Shown: one piece after another, positions 1-9,492 of the stretch | How the letters are laid out: the number at the start of each line of letters is the position of its first letter | How positions within the stretch are numbered: the first letter of the stretch is position 1 | From: Waterburya sp. | GTDB lineage: Bacteria > Cyanobacteriota > Cyanobacteriia > Cyanobacteriales > Xenococcaceae | DNA length: 64,000 nucleotides | Direction of reading: 5' to 3' | Assembly (NCBI GenBank): GCA_965217895.1 | Contig: CBDCJV010000002.1 | Location: 2,400,001 to 2,464,000, forward strand | Program-made: the position numbers and the translations under genes | Notes under the pieces: generated by a model | Seen by the model: only the letters and a program-made list of their open reading frames with translations | Told to the model about the DNA's origin: nothing | Database searches by the model: none

Positions 1-119
1 GCGAGCAAGCTGGCTTAGAAATGGACGATCGCGAAACCCTTGGTCTAAAGAAAAAGTTGGAAGAGCGCGACGACAGCCGTTTAGATATAGATAATGCTAA
101 TCAAAATCTAGCTGATTAA
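1..119 (+). CDS. 3' end of an acidic cyanobacterial protein, possibly DUF6335-like (partial)
   Basis: Frame 3 reads EQAGLEMDDRETLGLKKKLEERDDSRLD..., stop TAA 117-119; truncated by window edge. Confidence 0.5.
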   Translation, partial: EQAGLEMDDRETLGLKKKLEERDDSRLDIDNANQNLAD

Positions 120-204
120 GAATTCATCGGCTATTCGATAGTGTTATTGTTGTTAACAAATAACATCATATTGACTAAATCTGGTTACTATCAGGCTTAT
201 CAAG

Positions 205-247
205 GCAATCTACTTAAGAAATACTTTTTTAAGTAGATTGCTTTTTT
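205..247 (+). terminator. Rho-independent terminator
   Basis: GCAATCTACTTAA / TTAAGTAGATTGC perfect 13-bp inverted repeat followed by a T run. Confidence 0.7.
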
Positions 248-546
248 ATTTTTGATTTGACTATTGATATATTGTTATTGGCAGTATGGACTTTGCGTTT
301 CTGTAGAAGTTGACCTATAACTGTAACAAATAGTTGGGATTGAAAAAACAGACTGTGATTGTACTACATTTTGTTCAAAAATAAGAACGATAATAATAAT
401 TATATTGATTATTATTGTGTACAAAAATTAAATAATATTTTTAGAATCAAAAGAAATTTAAAGTAAATTTTAAAAGTCGGGTTAAAGACATAAGTTAGAT
501 AAAGCTATATTCTATCCATTATGCGATCGTGTGAGGAAGCAAAAAG

Positions 547-1734
547 ATGAAGATTTTAGTGCTAGCTTGGGAATTCCCTCCTCGTATAGTCGGGGGAATA
601 GCTCGTCATGTAGCAGAACTATATCCAGAATTAATTAAGTTAGGACACGAAATTCACCTCATCACTGTTGAATTTGGTTCTACTCCAAGATACGAAATAG
701 TTGAAGGTATTCATCTGTATCGTTGTCATGTTGCCCACGGCAATGATTTTTTTCATTGGGTTGTCAACATGAACGACAGCATGGGTTGTATAGGGGGAGA
801 GTTATTAACCAAACATGGCGATTTTGATCTAATCCATGCTCACGATTGGTTAGTAGGAGATGCTGCGATCGCTCTTAAAAATAATTTTAAACTGCCGATT
901 GTGGCAACGATCCATGCCACGGAATATGGACGCTATAACGGTATCCATACAGTAAAGCAACATTATATCAACGGCAAAGAAAAACTATTGGCACACGAAG
1001 CTTGGCGAATCATTGTCTGTAGTCAGTATATGCGTCAGGAAATTCAGCGTGTATTCCAATCTCCTGAAGATAAACTTGATGTAGTTTACAATGGCATTCG
1101 TCCTGAAAAAAAGCATCATAATTACGAATTTGATCGAGTAAAGTTTCGTCGTCGTTTTGCCAACGATCAAGAAAAAATTATCTATTACGTAGGACGTATG
1201 ACCTATGAAAAAGGCATTTCCGTCTTGCTTAACGCTGCACCTAAAATACTTTCAGAACTAGGCAACAAGGTAAAATTTGTAATTATTGGTGGCGGAAATA
1301 CAAGTCATCTTAAGTATCAAGCTAGCTATTTAAATATTTGGGAACAATGTTACTTTACAGGGTTTATGTCTGATACTGATTTAGATAAGTTTCAAACAAT
1401 TGCTGATTGTGCAGTTTTCCCTAGTTTGTACGAACCTTTTGGAATTGTGGCATTAGAAAGCTTTGCTGCTCGTGTGCCTGTAGTAGTTTCTAATACTGGT
1501 GGTTTACCAGAAGTAGTACAGCACAACTATACGGGTATTGTTACTCAAGCTAACGATGTTAACTCTCTAACCTGGGGCATTTTAGAAGTGCTAAACAATC
1601 CCGCTCATTCTCAGTATTTAGTCAAAAATGCCTACAAATCTATAGCAAAGCGTTTTAGCTGGGATGATTTAGCCAAACAAACAGTTGAAGTCTATCATCA
1701 AGTTGCCAAAGAGCGATCGCAAGTTAAATGGTAA
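547..1734 (+). CDS. GT4 family glycosyltransferase
   Basis: N-terminal WEFPP..GG, HAHDW, YVGR, PSLYEPFGIVALE motifs. Confidence 0.9.
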   Translation: MKILVLAWEFPPRIVGGIARHVAELYPELIKLGHEIHLITVEFGSTPRYEIVEGIHLYRCHVAHGNDFFHWVVNMNDSMGCIGGELLTKHGDFDLIHAHDWLVGDAAIALKNNFKLPIVATIHATEYGRYNGIHTVKQHYINGKEKLLAHEAWRIIVCSQYMRQEIQRVFQSPEDKLDVVYNGIRPEKKHHNYEFDRVKFRRRFANDQEKIIYYVGRMTYEKGISVLLNAAPKILSELGNKVKFVIIGGGNTSHLKYQASYLNIWEQCYFTGFMSDTDLDKFQTIADCAVFPSLYEPFGIVALESFAARVPVVVSNTGGLPEVVQHNYTGIVTQANDVNSLTWGILEVLNNPAHSQYLVKNAYKSIAKRFSWDDLAKQTVEVYHQVAKERSQVKW

Positions 1735-1890
1735 TGTTGTTAATTTATTATTATATTATTATCTTTATACGTATAGATGGGAAAAGCGAGTGCCTTCTCT
1801 TAATTGCTTAAAGATAGCAAAATTTTGGCTCTTGATTTAGTAGGTTGCCTATTCGTTGCATGATTTTATTTTGATTTCTGTAAGTAGCAG

Positions 1891-2409
1891 CTATTCTCTG
1901 TATTTTCTGTGCTCTTGTAACTTCAAAATAGTAAAAGATATAATTATCATACGTTTGGCTTGCAAAAGTAGTTTATCAATATAAAAATCAACCGTTTGAT
2001 TAAAAACTAGTACAAGAATTGATAATAAGACTAATAATAAAAAAACAAAGTGATTGGTATCGTAAAAAATATATTGGGTAAATGCGAATAGACTTAAGGC
2101 AGTCGCTATAAGAGCAGAAATATAAGGTTTTTTGCTTTTCTTGCCTTCTATTCTCAGTTTATTACAAAAACCAACGAGCATTGTATAAATAATTGTACTA
2201 GTAATTTCTTCGGGATTTTCTGGGAATAAAATAACTGTTAAGAAAGATATTATTACTTTAATAATAAAAAACAGTAGTTTGTTACCTGTATTAAATATAA
2301 TAAAGAAATAAACTAAAGTTGTAAATCTAACAAAAGCCAAATTGGCAATTAAAGGAAATAAAGTATCCATATCATTGTGTATTCTATAATTTAAGTGCCA
2401 ATATAACAA
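1891..2409 (-). CDS. Hypothetical membrane protein, very AT-rich
   Basis: 172-aa ORF with several hydrophobic segments; no recognised motif; start uncertain. Confidence 0.45.
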   Translation of the reverse strand: MLYWHLNYRIHNDMDTLFPLIANLAFVRFTTLVYFFIIFNTGNKLLFFIIKVIISFLTVILFPENPEEITSTIIYTMLVGFCNKLRIEGKKSKKPYISALIATALSLFAFTQYIFYDTNHFVFLLLVLLSILVLVFNQTVDFYIDKLLLQAKRMIIISFTILKLQEHRKYRE

Positions 2410-2448
2410 GTACTAATACAATAGTTTCATTAATTTAATATTAAAATT

Positions 2449-2673
2449 ATGCAGTTTCAGTTAACTAAAGTTTTTCAAAAAGTACCTGAAGGATATATTG
2501 GCTTTGTCGAAGAATTGCCAGGAGCTAATACTCAGGGAGATAGTTTAGAAGAAACTAGGACAAATCTAGAAGAAGCTATTGAATTAGTCTTAGAAGCCAA
2601 TCGTCTGCTATCGCAAGAGCAATTTCAGGGACAAGAAGTAATTCGAGAATCAGTAACTTTCTCTGCTGCATGA
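2449..2673 (+). CDS. hicB: HicB-family antitoxin (short form)
   Basis: ELPGANTQGDSLEE...NLEEAIEL motif; overlaps next gene (ATGA). Confidence 0.85.
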   Translation: MQFQLTKVFQKVPEGYIGFVEELPGANTQGDSLEETRTNLEEAIELVLEANRLLSQEQFQGQEVIRESVTFSAA

Positions 2674-2855
2674 AACGCCAAGATTTAATTCGCTACCTGG
2701 AAAAAAATGGCTGTGAGTTTTTAAGAGAGGGTGGAAGACATACAATCTATGTGAATCGTGCTGTGCAAAAATCTTCAGCAATTCCTCGACACCGTGAGAT
2801 CAACAACTTTCTGGCACGCAAAATTTGTCGTGATTTACAAATATCAGAACCCTAG
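2670..2855 (+). CDS. hicA: HicA-family toxin (mRNA interferase)
   Basis: LEKNG...REGGRH...IPRH.EI...ARKIC pattern. Confidence 0.85.
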   Translation: MKRQDLIRYLEKNGCEFLREGGRHTIYVNRAVQKSSAIPRHREINNFLARKICRDLQISEP

Positions 2856-2940
2856 ACTGAAATATAGCAATGCCAAGTTTTTCTACAGGCTAGATCAAGC
2901 GAAAATTTTCTATCATTATCATAGGGAGTAATTTAAACCT

Positions 2941-4830
2941 ATGACTGCATTGATTGAAAATATACCATTATTAAAACAAAGCGATCGCCTTGAAGCTCGT
3001 CTTAAAGAAATACCCCCCGAACCTGGAGTATATTTGATGCGTAGCCAGAATGGGGATATTTTATATATTGGCAAGTCTAAGAAATTGAGATCGCGAGTTC
3101 GTTCTTATTTCCGTAACTCCCAAAAGTTGAGTGACAGGATTGCTATGATGGTGCGACAGGTAACAGAAATTGAGTTTATTGTTACCGACACCGAAGCAGA
3201 AGCTTTGGCACTAGAAGCTAACTTAGTAAAAAAACATCAGCCTTACTATAATGTCTTGCTTAAGGATGATAAAAAATATCCTTATGTGTGCATTACTTGG
3301 TCAGAAGATTATCCGCGCATCTTTATTACCCGTAAACGTCGAGCAACCAAACAGCGCGATCGCTATTATGGTCCTTATGTAGATACTCGTCTATTGCGCT
3401 ATACTCTGCATATCATTAAGCGCGTCTTTCCGCTGCGTCAGCGTCGCCAGCCTTTATTTAAAGATCGTCCCTGTCTTAATTACGATATGGGAAGATGTCC
3501 TGGTGTATGTCAGTCTTTAGTTACTCCTGAAGACTATAAAAAGATCGTTCAAAAAGTAGCCATGGTCTTCCAGGGAAGGAGTGATGAATTAGTTGATACC
3601 ATTTCGTCGCAAATGGAAAAGGCAGTAGAAAGACTAGATTTTGAAAAGGCTGCTCAATTACGAGATCAAATTAAGGCTTTACAAAATCTCACTGCCGATC
3701 AGAAAGTATCCTTACCCGACGATACCATTTCCCGTGATGCGATCGCCTTAGCTACCGATGATAAGCACTGCTGTATTCAATTATTTCAAATTCGTGCAGG
3801 TAAATTGGTCGGACGCTTAGGCTTCTTTGCCGATGCGAGATCGGGTACGCCTGGGGCAATTTTACAGAGAGTTTTAGAAGAACATTATTCTACCGTCGAA
3901 GCAGTAGAAATTCCTACTGAAATCCTTGTACAGCATGAATTACCTGAAGGAGAAATGCTGACAGAATGGCTGACTAAGCAAAAGGCGAAAAAAGTTAGCT
4001 TGATTAATCCTCAAAGACAGGTCAAAGCCGAACTAATTGAAATGGTCGAACGCAATGCCAACTATGAATTAGAACGAACTCAAAGAGTAAGCGATCGCAA
4101 TAATCAAGCCTTACAAGATTTGGCAACTGTTCTCGATTTACCCGAATTACCTAAACGGATTGAGGGTTATGATATTTCTCACATTCAGGGATCGAATGCC
4201 GTAGCTTCTCAAGTTGTTTTTGTGGATGGTGTACCCGCCAAACAACATTATCGTCATTACAAAATTAAAAATCCCGATGTGAGAATTGGACGTTCGGACG
4301 ATTTTGCCAGCATGGCAGAAGTGATTGGTCGTCGCTTTCGCAAGTATGCAAATACTTCTCCTTTATCAAAGGGAACTGGGGGAGATGATTTTCCTGATGT
4401 GGTGATGATTGATGGCGGTAAAGGACAATTATCTTCGGTGGTTAAAGTGCTGCAAGAGATGAATCTTTTAGAAGCTGTAAAAGTAGTTAGTTTAGCCAAA
4501 AAAAGAGAAGAAATCTTTTTACCAGGAGAAACAAAGCCTTTAAATACCGATGCCGAACAATCTGGAGTACAGTTACTTAGAAGGGTGCGGGATGAGTCCC
4601 ATCGTTTTGCTGTTAGCTTCCATCGTCAACAACGACTTAAAAGCAGCAGGCGATCGCGCTTAGAAGAGATTCCAGGCTTGGGTTTTCAGCGTCAAAAGCA
4701 ATTGCTGGCTCATTTTCACTCAATTGATTATATCCGTGAAGCTTCCGTGGATAAGTTAACTGAAGTTTCAGGGATCGGTCGAAATTTAGCACAGGAAATT
4801 TATAATTATTTTCATCCAAATCAAAATTAA
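2941..4830 (+). CDS. uvrC: Excinuclease ABC subunit C
   Basis: GIY-YIG (PGVYLM..LYIGKS), UVR domain, RNase H-like DISH/IDGGKGQ, C-terminal HhH. Confidence 0.97.
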   Translation: MTALIENIPLLKQSDRLEARLKEIPPEPGVYLMRSQNGDILYIGKSKKLRSRVRSYFRNSQKLSDRIAMMVRQVTEIEFIVTDTEAEALALEANLVKKHQPYYNVLLKDDKKYPYVCITWSEDYPRIFITRKRRATKQRDRYYGPYVDTRLLRYTLHIIKRVFPLRQRRQPLFKDRPCLNYDMGRCPGVCQSLVTPEDYKKIVQKVAMVFQGRSDELVDTISSQMEKAVERLDFEKAAQLRDQIKALQNLTADQKVSLPDDTISRDAIALATDDKHCCIQLFQIRAGKLVGRLGFFADARSGTPGAILQRVLEEHYSTVEAVEIPTEILVQHELPEGEMLTEWLTKQKAKKVSLINPQRQVKAELIEMVERNANYELERTQRVSDRNNQALQDLATVLDLPELPKRIEGYDISHIQGSNAVASQVVFVDGVPAKQHYRHYKIKNPDVRIGRSDDFASMAEVIGRRFRKYANTSPLSKGTGGDDFPDVVMIDGGKGQLSSVVKVLQEMNLLEAVKVVSLAKKREEIFLPGETKPLNTDAEQSGVQLLRRVRDESHRFAVSFHRQQRLKSSRRSRLEEIPGLGFQRQKQLLAHFHSIDYIREASVDKLTEVSGIGRNLAQEIYNYFHPNQN

Positions 4831-4861
4831 GCAATATGTGTAGCAACATGGATCTATAGTC

Positions 4862-5069
4862 CGCCTAATGTGAATTAAAAAATGCTTATTCTCGCTTCTA
4901 AATGAAATTGGTCTATGAAAACCAGGATTTATTCCTGGGGGAACTTTCCCCCAGATCCCAATCTCGCGCGTTCCCAAGTCCGCGTGGCTTCCCGTTTAGG
5001 GATGCCCTCGTGTCGGACGCTTGCGCTAAGCCCTGGAGTTCGCGCGACGCGGTGAGACAGTTGCGGTGG
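4862..5069 (+). mobile_element. Composite MITE family copy A (3'-truncated)
   Basis: Left end CGCCTAATGTGAATT plus GC-rich core shared with 7260-7712 and 49279-49571. Confidence 0.8.
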
Positions 5070-5337
5070 CAAATGTATTTCGCGATCGCTTAACCTTTGA
5101 AGATATATTTATCCTTAATAATCTCTATACAACCTTCAATAAAAAGATTACTCTTAAAAATGATACACCAGCCGAATTAGCGATGAACTATCTTAGAGAT
5201 TGGGACTGTTAATCTATTGCAAAAGTTAAAAGTCAAAACTAAAATGCTTAATCCTTGAGGCTTTGGGTATTTCAAAGTATCCTAACCTTATATGTCCACA
5301 GCTATAGTTTTGGCAATCTTTGTTACAGTAATTTTCT

Positions 5338-5829
5338 ATGAGCAAAATTTTTCTCGCCTTAGCTTTGAGCATCATTTTAGGTGGATGTTCCAGCGTCAGT
5401 GAATTAAAAATCTCATCAACACAACCTATAGCCATGACTGAAGATAGTCAACCCGCCAAAGTAACCCAAGTGCAAGCAACTGGAGAAAGTCAAAACTATA
5501 CTTTTGCTGTTACCGTTAACAGTCCTGATACTGGTTGCGATCGCTATGCTAACTGGTGGGAAGTAATTACCCCCGAAGGAGAGTTGCTATATCGCCGAGT
5601 TCTGTTACACAGCCACGTAGATGAACAACCTTTTGAGCGCACAGGAGGAATAATACCAGTCGATCCCGATCAAGAAGTAATTGTTAGAGTGCATATGTCT
5701 ACTGGTGGTTATAGTCCTATGGCACAACGAGGATCGGTAAAATTTGGTTTTTCTGAAGTTACTTTACCTCCAGAATTTGCTTCTAGGTTAGAGTCTGTCG
5801 AACCTCTACCTAGTGACTGTGCATTTTAA
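5338..5829 (+). CDS. Conserved hypothetical lipoprotein
   Basis: Lipobox-like LGGC; SPDTGCDRYANWWEV and LLHSHVDEQPF motifs. Confidence 0.75.
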   Translation: MSKIFLALALSIILGGCSSVSELKISSTQPIAMTEDSQPAKVTQVQATGESQNYTFAVTVNSPDTGCDRYANWWEVITPEGELLYRRVLLHSHVDEQPFERTGGIIPVDPDQEVIVRVHMSTGGYSPMAQRGSVKFGFSEVTLPPEFASRLESVEPLPSDCAF

Positions 5830-5878
5830 TCTGGATCTTCTTTTTACCCTTTGCCCAATCACTGAAAGTCGCAAATAT

Positions 5879-6649
5879 TTAGATACTTGGTGCAGATAAC
5901 ATCATAAGCCACTGAAACAATTGCGGAAAGATACGTTGACACCAGGTTGCAAGATAGCTTTGCCATCCTACTAGGATCTCACCTGAATTATGATACAGTC
6001 CTGAAACCAAAGCTTGAGCTACCTTTTCGGGTGTCATGGGCATGACCCAACGAAATAGCTTAAGACCTCGCGCCATATCAGTATCAGTTAGGGTTGGCAA
6101 AAGGGCGACAACCTGGATATTATGACCAGCCAATTCACTTCGCAAAGCTTGAGTAAAACCAACAATTGCAAACTTAGTTGCTGAATAAGTTGACATAGTG
6201 GGGGCTGCTACTTTTCCCATCAGGCTTGAGACATTAACGATCGTGCCTTCTTTTTGTCTTGCCATACGCTTTGCTAACAGGCGAGTGATGGTCATCATCC
6301 CCAGCAAATTAGTAGTAATCTCTTCTTCAACTTCAGGTAATTTTGTTTCCAAAAAAGGTGCTTGATGAGCTACTCCTGCACAGTTAACTAGTAAATGAAT
6401 CGGTCTATGGGTGCGCCATGCTTGAGCGATCGCAATATTAATGGCAGATGACTGAGATAAATCTACAGATAAGGTAGTAACTTTTACGCCCTTTGCTTCT
6501 ATTTCTTGAGCAACATCTGCTAGTTTTTGGCGATCCCTGGCTACTAATAGTAAATGCTTAATTCCTTGGTGAGCAAATTCCAAGGCGATCGCTCTACCAA
6601 TGCCACGAGAAGCACCTGTAATCAAAGCTGTTTTTCCTTTGATATTCAT
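5879..6649 (-). CDS. SDR family NAD(P)-dependent oxidoreductase
   Basis: TGASRGIG, NCAG, YSATK. Confidence 0.92.
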   Translation of the reverse strand: MNIKGKTALITGASRGIGRAIALEFAHQGIKHLLLVARDRQKLADVAQEIEAKGVKVTTLSVDLSQSSAINIAIAQAWRTHRPIHLLVNCAGVAHQAPFLETKLPEVEEEITTNLLGMMTITRLLAKRMARQKEGTIVNVSSLMGKVAAPTMSTYSATKFAIVGFTQALRSELAGHNIQVVALLPTLTDTDMARGLKLFRWVMPMTPEKVAQALVSGLYHNSGEILVGWQSYLATWCQRIFPQLFQWLMMLSAPSI

Positions 6650-7259
6650 TATTTAAATCCTCTCTATATACTTTGAGCAATATTAACTAACTTGGCAAGT
6701 TAGATATCTATATTTCAGTAAGTTAATTCATTATTAAGTAGGTAAACACCAAAGCTTTTTTTTGAATCGGGCTTTAGTTTTTAGTTAGTCATAGAATCAA
6801 TTTGCATCTATGTTTAAAGCTTTAATTCAAGTTTTTTGTCGTTATTAAGTGTTTGTATGTACAAAAAAGCTTTTTGAATTAAGTACTAATATTTGTTGAT
6901 TCTAGGTTCAATTTATGATCAGTTTAGTGGCTTGAAATAAGTTGGCAGTAGCATATGAGTTTTTTCTCCAATTGCTTGATTATTCTGAGGCTTTGAAAAG
7001 TAATTTTTAGGTAATCTAACCACTTCACATACCTTAACAAATAAAAATCTAAATTGACGATTTTTTCGTATCAAAAAATGCAGTTAGTCAATTTTACTTT
7101 TGGGGATCATTCACAAGTTAAGTAATTATTGACTTTTGGCTTTTACTACAGATAAATTTATATCAAGCATAAGTTTTTTTTATAGCTTGTCCAGCATTTG
7201 GACTGGGATCATGAGGGGATATAGATAATTAACAATTGAAATAATTAAAGGTTATAAAA

Positions 7260-7712
7260 TACGTCTGATGTGAATTAAAAAAAGCTGATTCTTCCATTCC
7301 CATCCAAAATTTGTCTGTAAAAACCGAAATATAATACTGGGGGAACTTTCCCCCAGACCCCAATCTCGCGCGTTCCCAAGTCCGCGTGGCTTCCCGTTTA
7401 GGGATGCCCTCGTGTCGGACGCTTGCGCCTGACGGCGACGCGGTGAAGCAGTTGCGGTGGACAGGTTCCCTGGCATAAGCAAACTGCTGAACCCTTTAGG
7501 GGGTCGCTCGCCTGCTGGGGACGTGACGACCCTCCCCAGACCCCTTCCGTAAACATTAACCCTGATGAGTGAAATCAGCTAATTTCTAATTATCTAGATG
7601 AAGAATTGAATTTGCTTGAGTCAGGTTCAGGTTCTCAAAAAACCTTTATTCCTCTAGAAATATTGGACTTTTTATAAGCTGATAGTGAAAAAGTCAATTC
7701 ACATTAGGCGTA
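7260..7712 (+). mobile_element. Composite MITE family copy B (complete: terminal inverted repeats and flanking duplication)
   Basis: TACGTCTGATGTGAATT (7260-7276) and AATTCACATTAGGCGTA (7696-7712), 15/17 inverted match; TAAAATA at both 7255-7261 and 7711-7717. Confidence 0.85.
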
Positions 7713-7767
7713 AAATATGAAAAAATAGCTCGCTCAAAACTTCTAGATAAGTACAAACAAGACACCA

Positions 7768-8379
7768 ATGACTCATTCTCAAGATGTAACCACTCTTGCC
7801 CGCTGGATGGCATCAGACTTTAGTAATCAAGCACAAGCCTATGCCAATCCACCATTTTTTGCTCATATCCGCGTCTGTATGCGTCCTTTGCCAGACGATT
7901 TACTCGATGGTACTAGCTTATTTCTAGAACAGGCCTACGATTTTATGCTCAATCAACCCTATCGTTTACGAGTAATTAAATTGAAGGTAGTAGGCGATCG
8001 CCTTGAACTAGAAAACTATAAGGTAAAAGAACAAGAGAAATTTTTTGGTGCGTCACGCAATCTAGATTTATTAAATACATTAACTGCCAATCTGATTGAG
8101 AAAATGGAAGGGTGTGATATGGACGTGACCTGGACTGGCAGCAGTTTCCAAGGTGAAATAAAGCCAGGCAAAGCCTGTATTGTTGAACGTGAGGGCAAAA
8201 TAACTTATTTAGATAACAGCTTTGAGATTACTAATAATAAACTTATCAGCTATGACAGAGGACGAGATCCTGAAACCGATCGGCTAATTTGGGGATCGGT
8301 GGCAGGCCCATTTGAATTTACTCCTTTGCAAAGTTTTGCTGAAGAAGTAACCTCCCTCCAGAACAAAAGCGCGATTTAA
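7768..8379 (+). CDS. cpcT: CpcT/CpeT-family phycobiliprotein chromophore lyase
   Basis: FSNQAQA..NPPFFAHI, EQAY, PYR, DRG.D...WGS motifs. Confidence 0.85.
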   Translation: MTHSQDVTTLARWMASDFSNQAQAYANPPFFAHIRVCMRPLPDDLLDGTSLFLEQAYDFMLNQPYRLRVIKLKVVGDRLELENYKVKEQEKFFGASRNLDLLNTLTANLIEKMEGCDMDVTWTGSSFQGEIKPGKACIVEREGKITYLDNSFEITNNKLISYDRGRDPETDRLIWGSVAGPFEFTPLQSFAEEVTSLQNKSAI

Positions 8380-8444
8380 GCTCAATATTCCTCAGACTGA
8401 TAAACTATTCTTGAATACATTTTTATTAAGGAACAGCTTGCACT

Positions 8445-9293
8445 TTGCCAGAACTGCCAGAAGTAGAAACCGTTCGCCGAGGCTTAAACAAATTAACTGT
8501 TAAACAGCCGGTTCAAGAAGTCGAAGTTCTATTACCCAGAACTTTGGCTTATCCTGCTGAGATCGAAGAATTTGGGCAGGGAATTACAGGAATGGCGATC
8601 GCAAGCTGGCAAAGAAGGGGCAAGTACCTTTTGGCACAGCTAGAAAACAACTCTGCCCAACCTGCTGGATGGCTTGGGGTACATCTGCGTATGACAGGAC
8701 AGCTATTATGGGTGCAGCAAGACTCAGCCTTACAAAAGCATACTCGTATTCGCCTGTTGTTTGCTCAAAATAAAGAGCTACGTTTTGTTGACACTCGCAC
8801 CTTTGGTAAAGTTTGGTATGTGCCACCTCATCTAGAAATTGCATCAGTTATTACAGGATTGCAGAAGTTGGGTCCCGAACCTTTTTCTGACGACTTTTCT
8901 CTGGAGTACTTTACCGAGAAATTAAACAATCGTCGCCGTCTAATTAAAACTTTTCTTTTGGATCAAAGTATAGTTGCGGGTATCGGTAATATCTATGCAG
9001 ATGAAGCTTTATTCAAAAGCGGAATTCGACCTGACACAGTGGCAGCCGACTTAACGACCAAACAAATAAAACGTCTTCACTACTCAATCACCGAGGTTTT
9101 ACAAACTTCTATCGACCGAGGCGGTACTACCTTTAGCGATTTTCTCAACTTATTGGGAGTCAGTGGTAACTATGGTGATGCAGCTTTAGTTTATGGCAGA
9201 AAAGCTGAACCCTGTCGCGTTTGTGGCACTTCTATTAAGAAGACGAGGCTGGGAGGGAGATCTGCTCATTTTTGCCCCAGTTGCCAGAATTAA
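8445..9293 (+). CDS. mutM: Formamidopyrimidine-DNA glycosylase
   Basis: PELPEVE N-terminus, RRGKY, HLRMTG, GIGNIYADE, C-terminal zinc finger. Confidence 0.97.
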   Translation: MPELPEVETVRRGLNKLTVKQPVQEVEVLLPRTLAYPAEIEEFGQGITGMAIASWQRRGKYLLAQLENNSAQPAGWLGVHLRMTGQLLWVQQDSALQKHTRIRLLFAQNKELRFVDTRTFGKVWYVPPHLEIASVITGLQKLGPEPFSDDFSLEYFTEKLNNRRRLIKTFLLDQSIVAGIGNIYADEALFKSGIRPDTVAADLTTKQIKRLHYSITEVLQTSIDRGGTTFSDFLNLLGVSGNYGDAALVYGRKAEPCRVCGTSIKKTRLGGRSAHFCPSCQN

Positions 9294-9492
9294 TCTTCAA
9301 ATTTTAAAATAAAGAAGAGAAGTCGTCATTTGACGGAGATCTTAATTACTCGACTAAAGCCGAGGAAACCTCGATTTATTTCACTCGCTTCCAATGTGAA
9401 AACTGCAAAAAGTCTACTTCCATTTTGCCTTACAACTTTTATTAAGTAACGTTAAGATACCTGTAGCTGATTCTTTTCAGCAATCTTTATCT

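Noticed and set aside
7252..7482. ORFs sharing MLMPGNLSTATASPRRRQ... (also 49318-49500), plus 4786-4977, 4902-5093 and 13141-13434
   Set aside because: They lie within GC-rich palindromic repeats, lack RBS or motifs, and diverge where the repeat ends; treated as shadows
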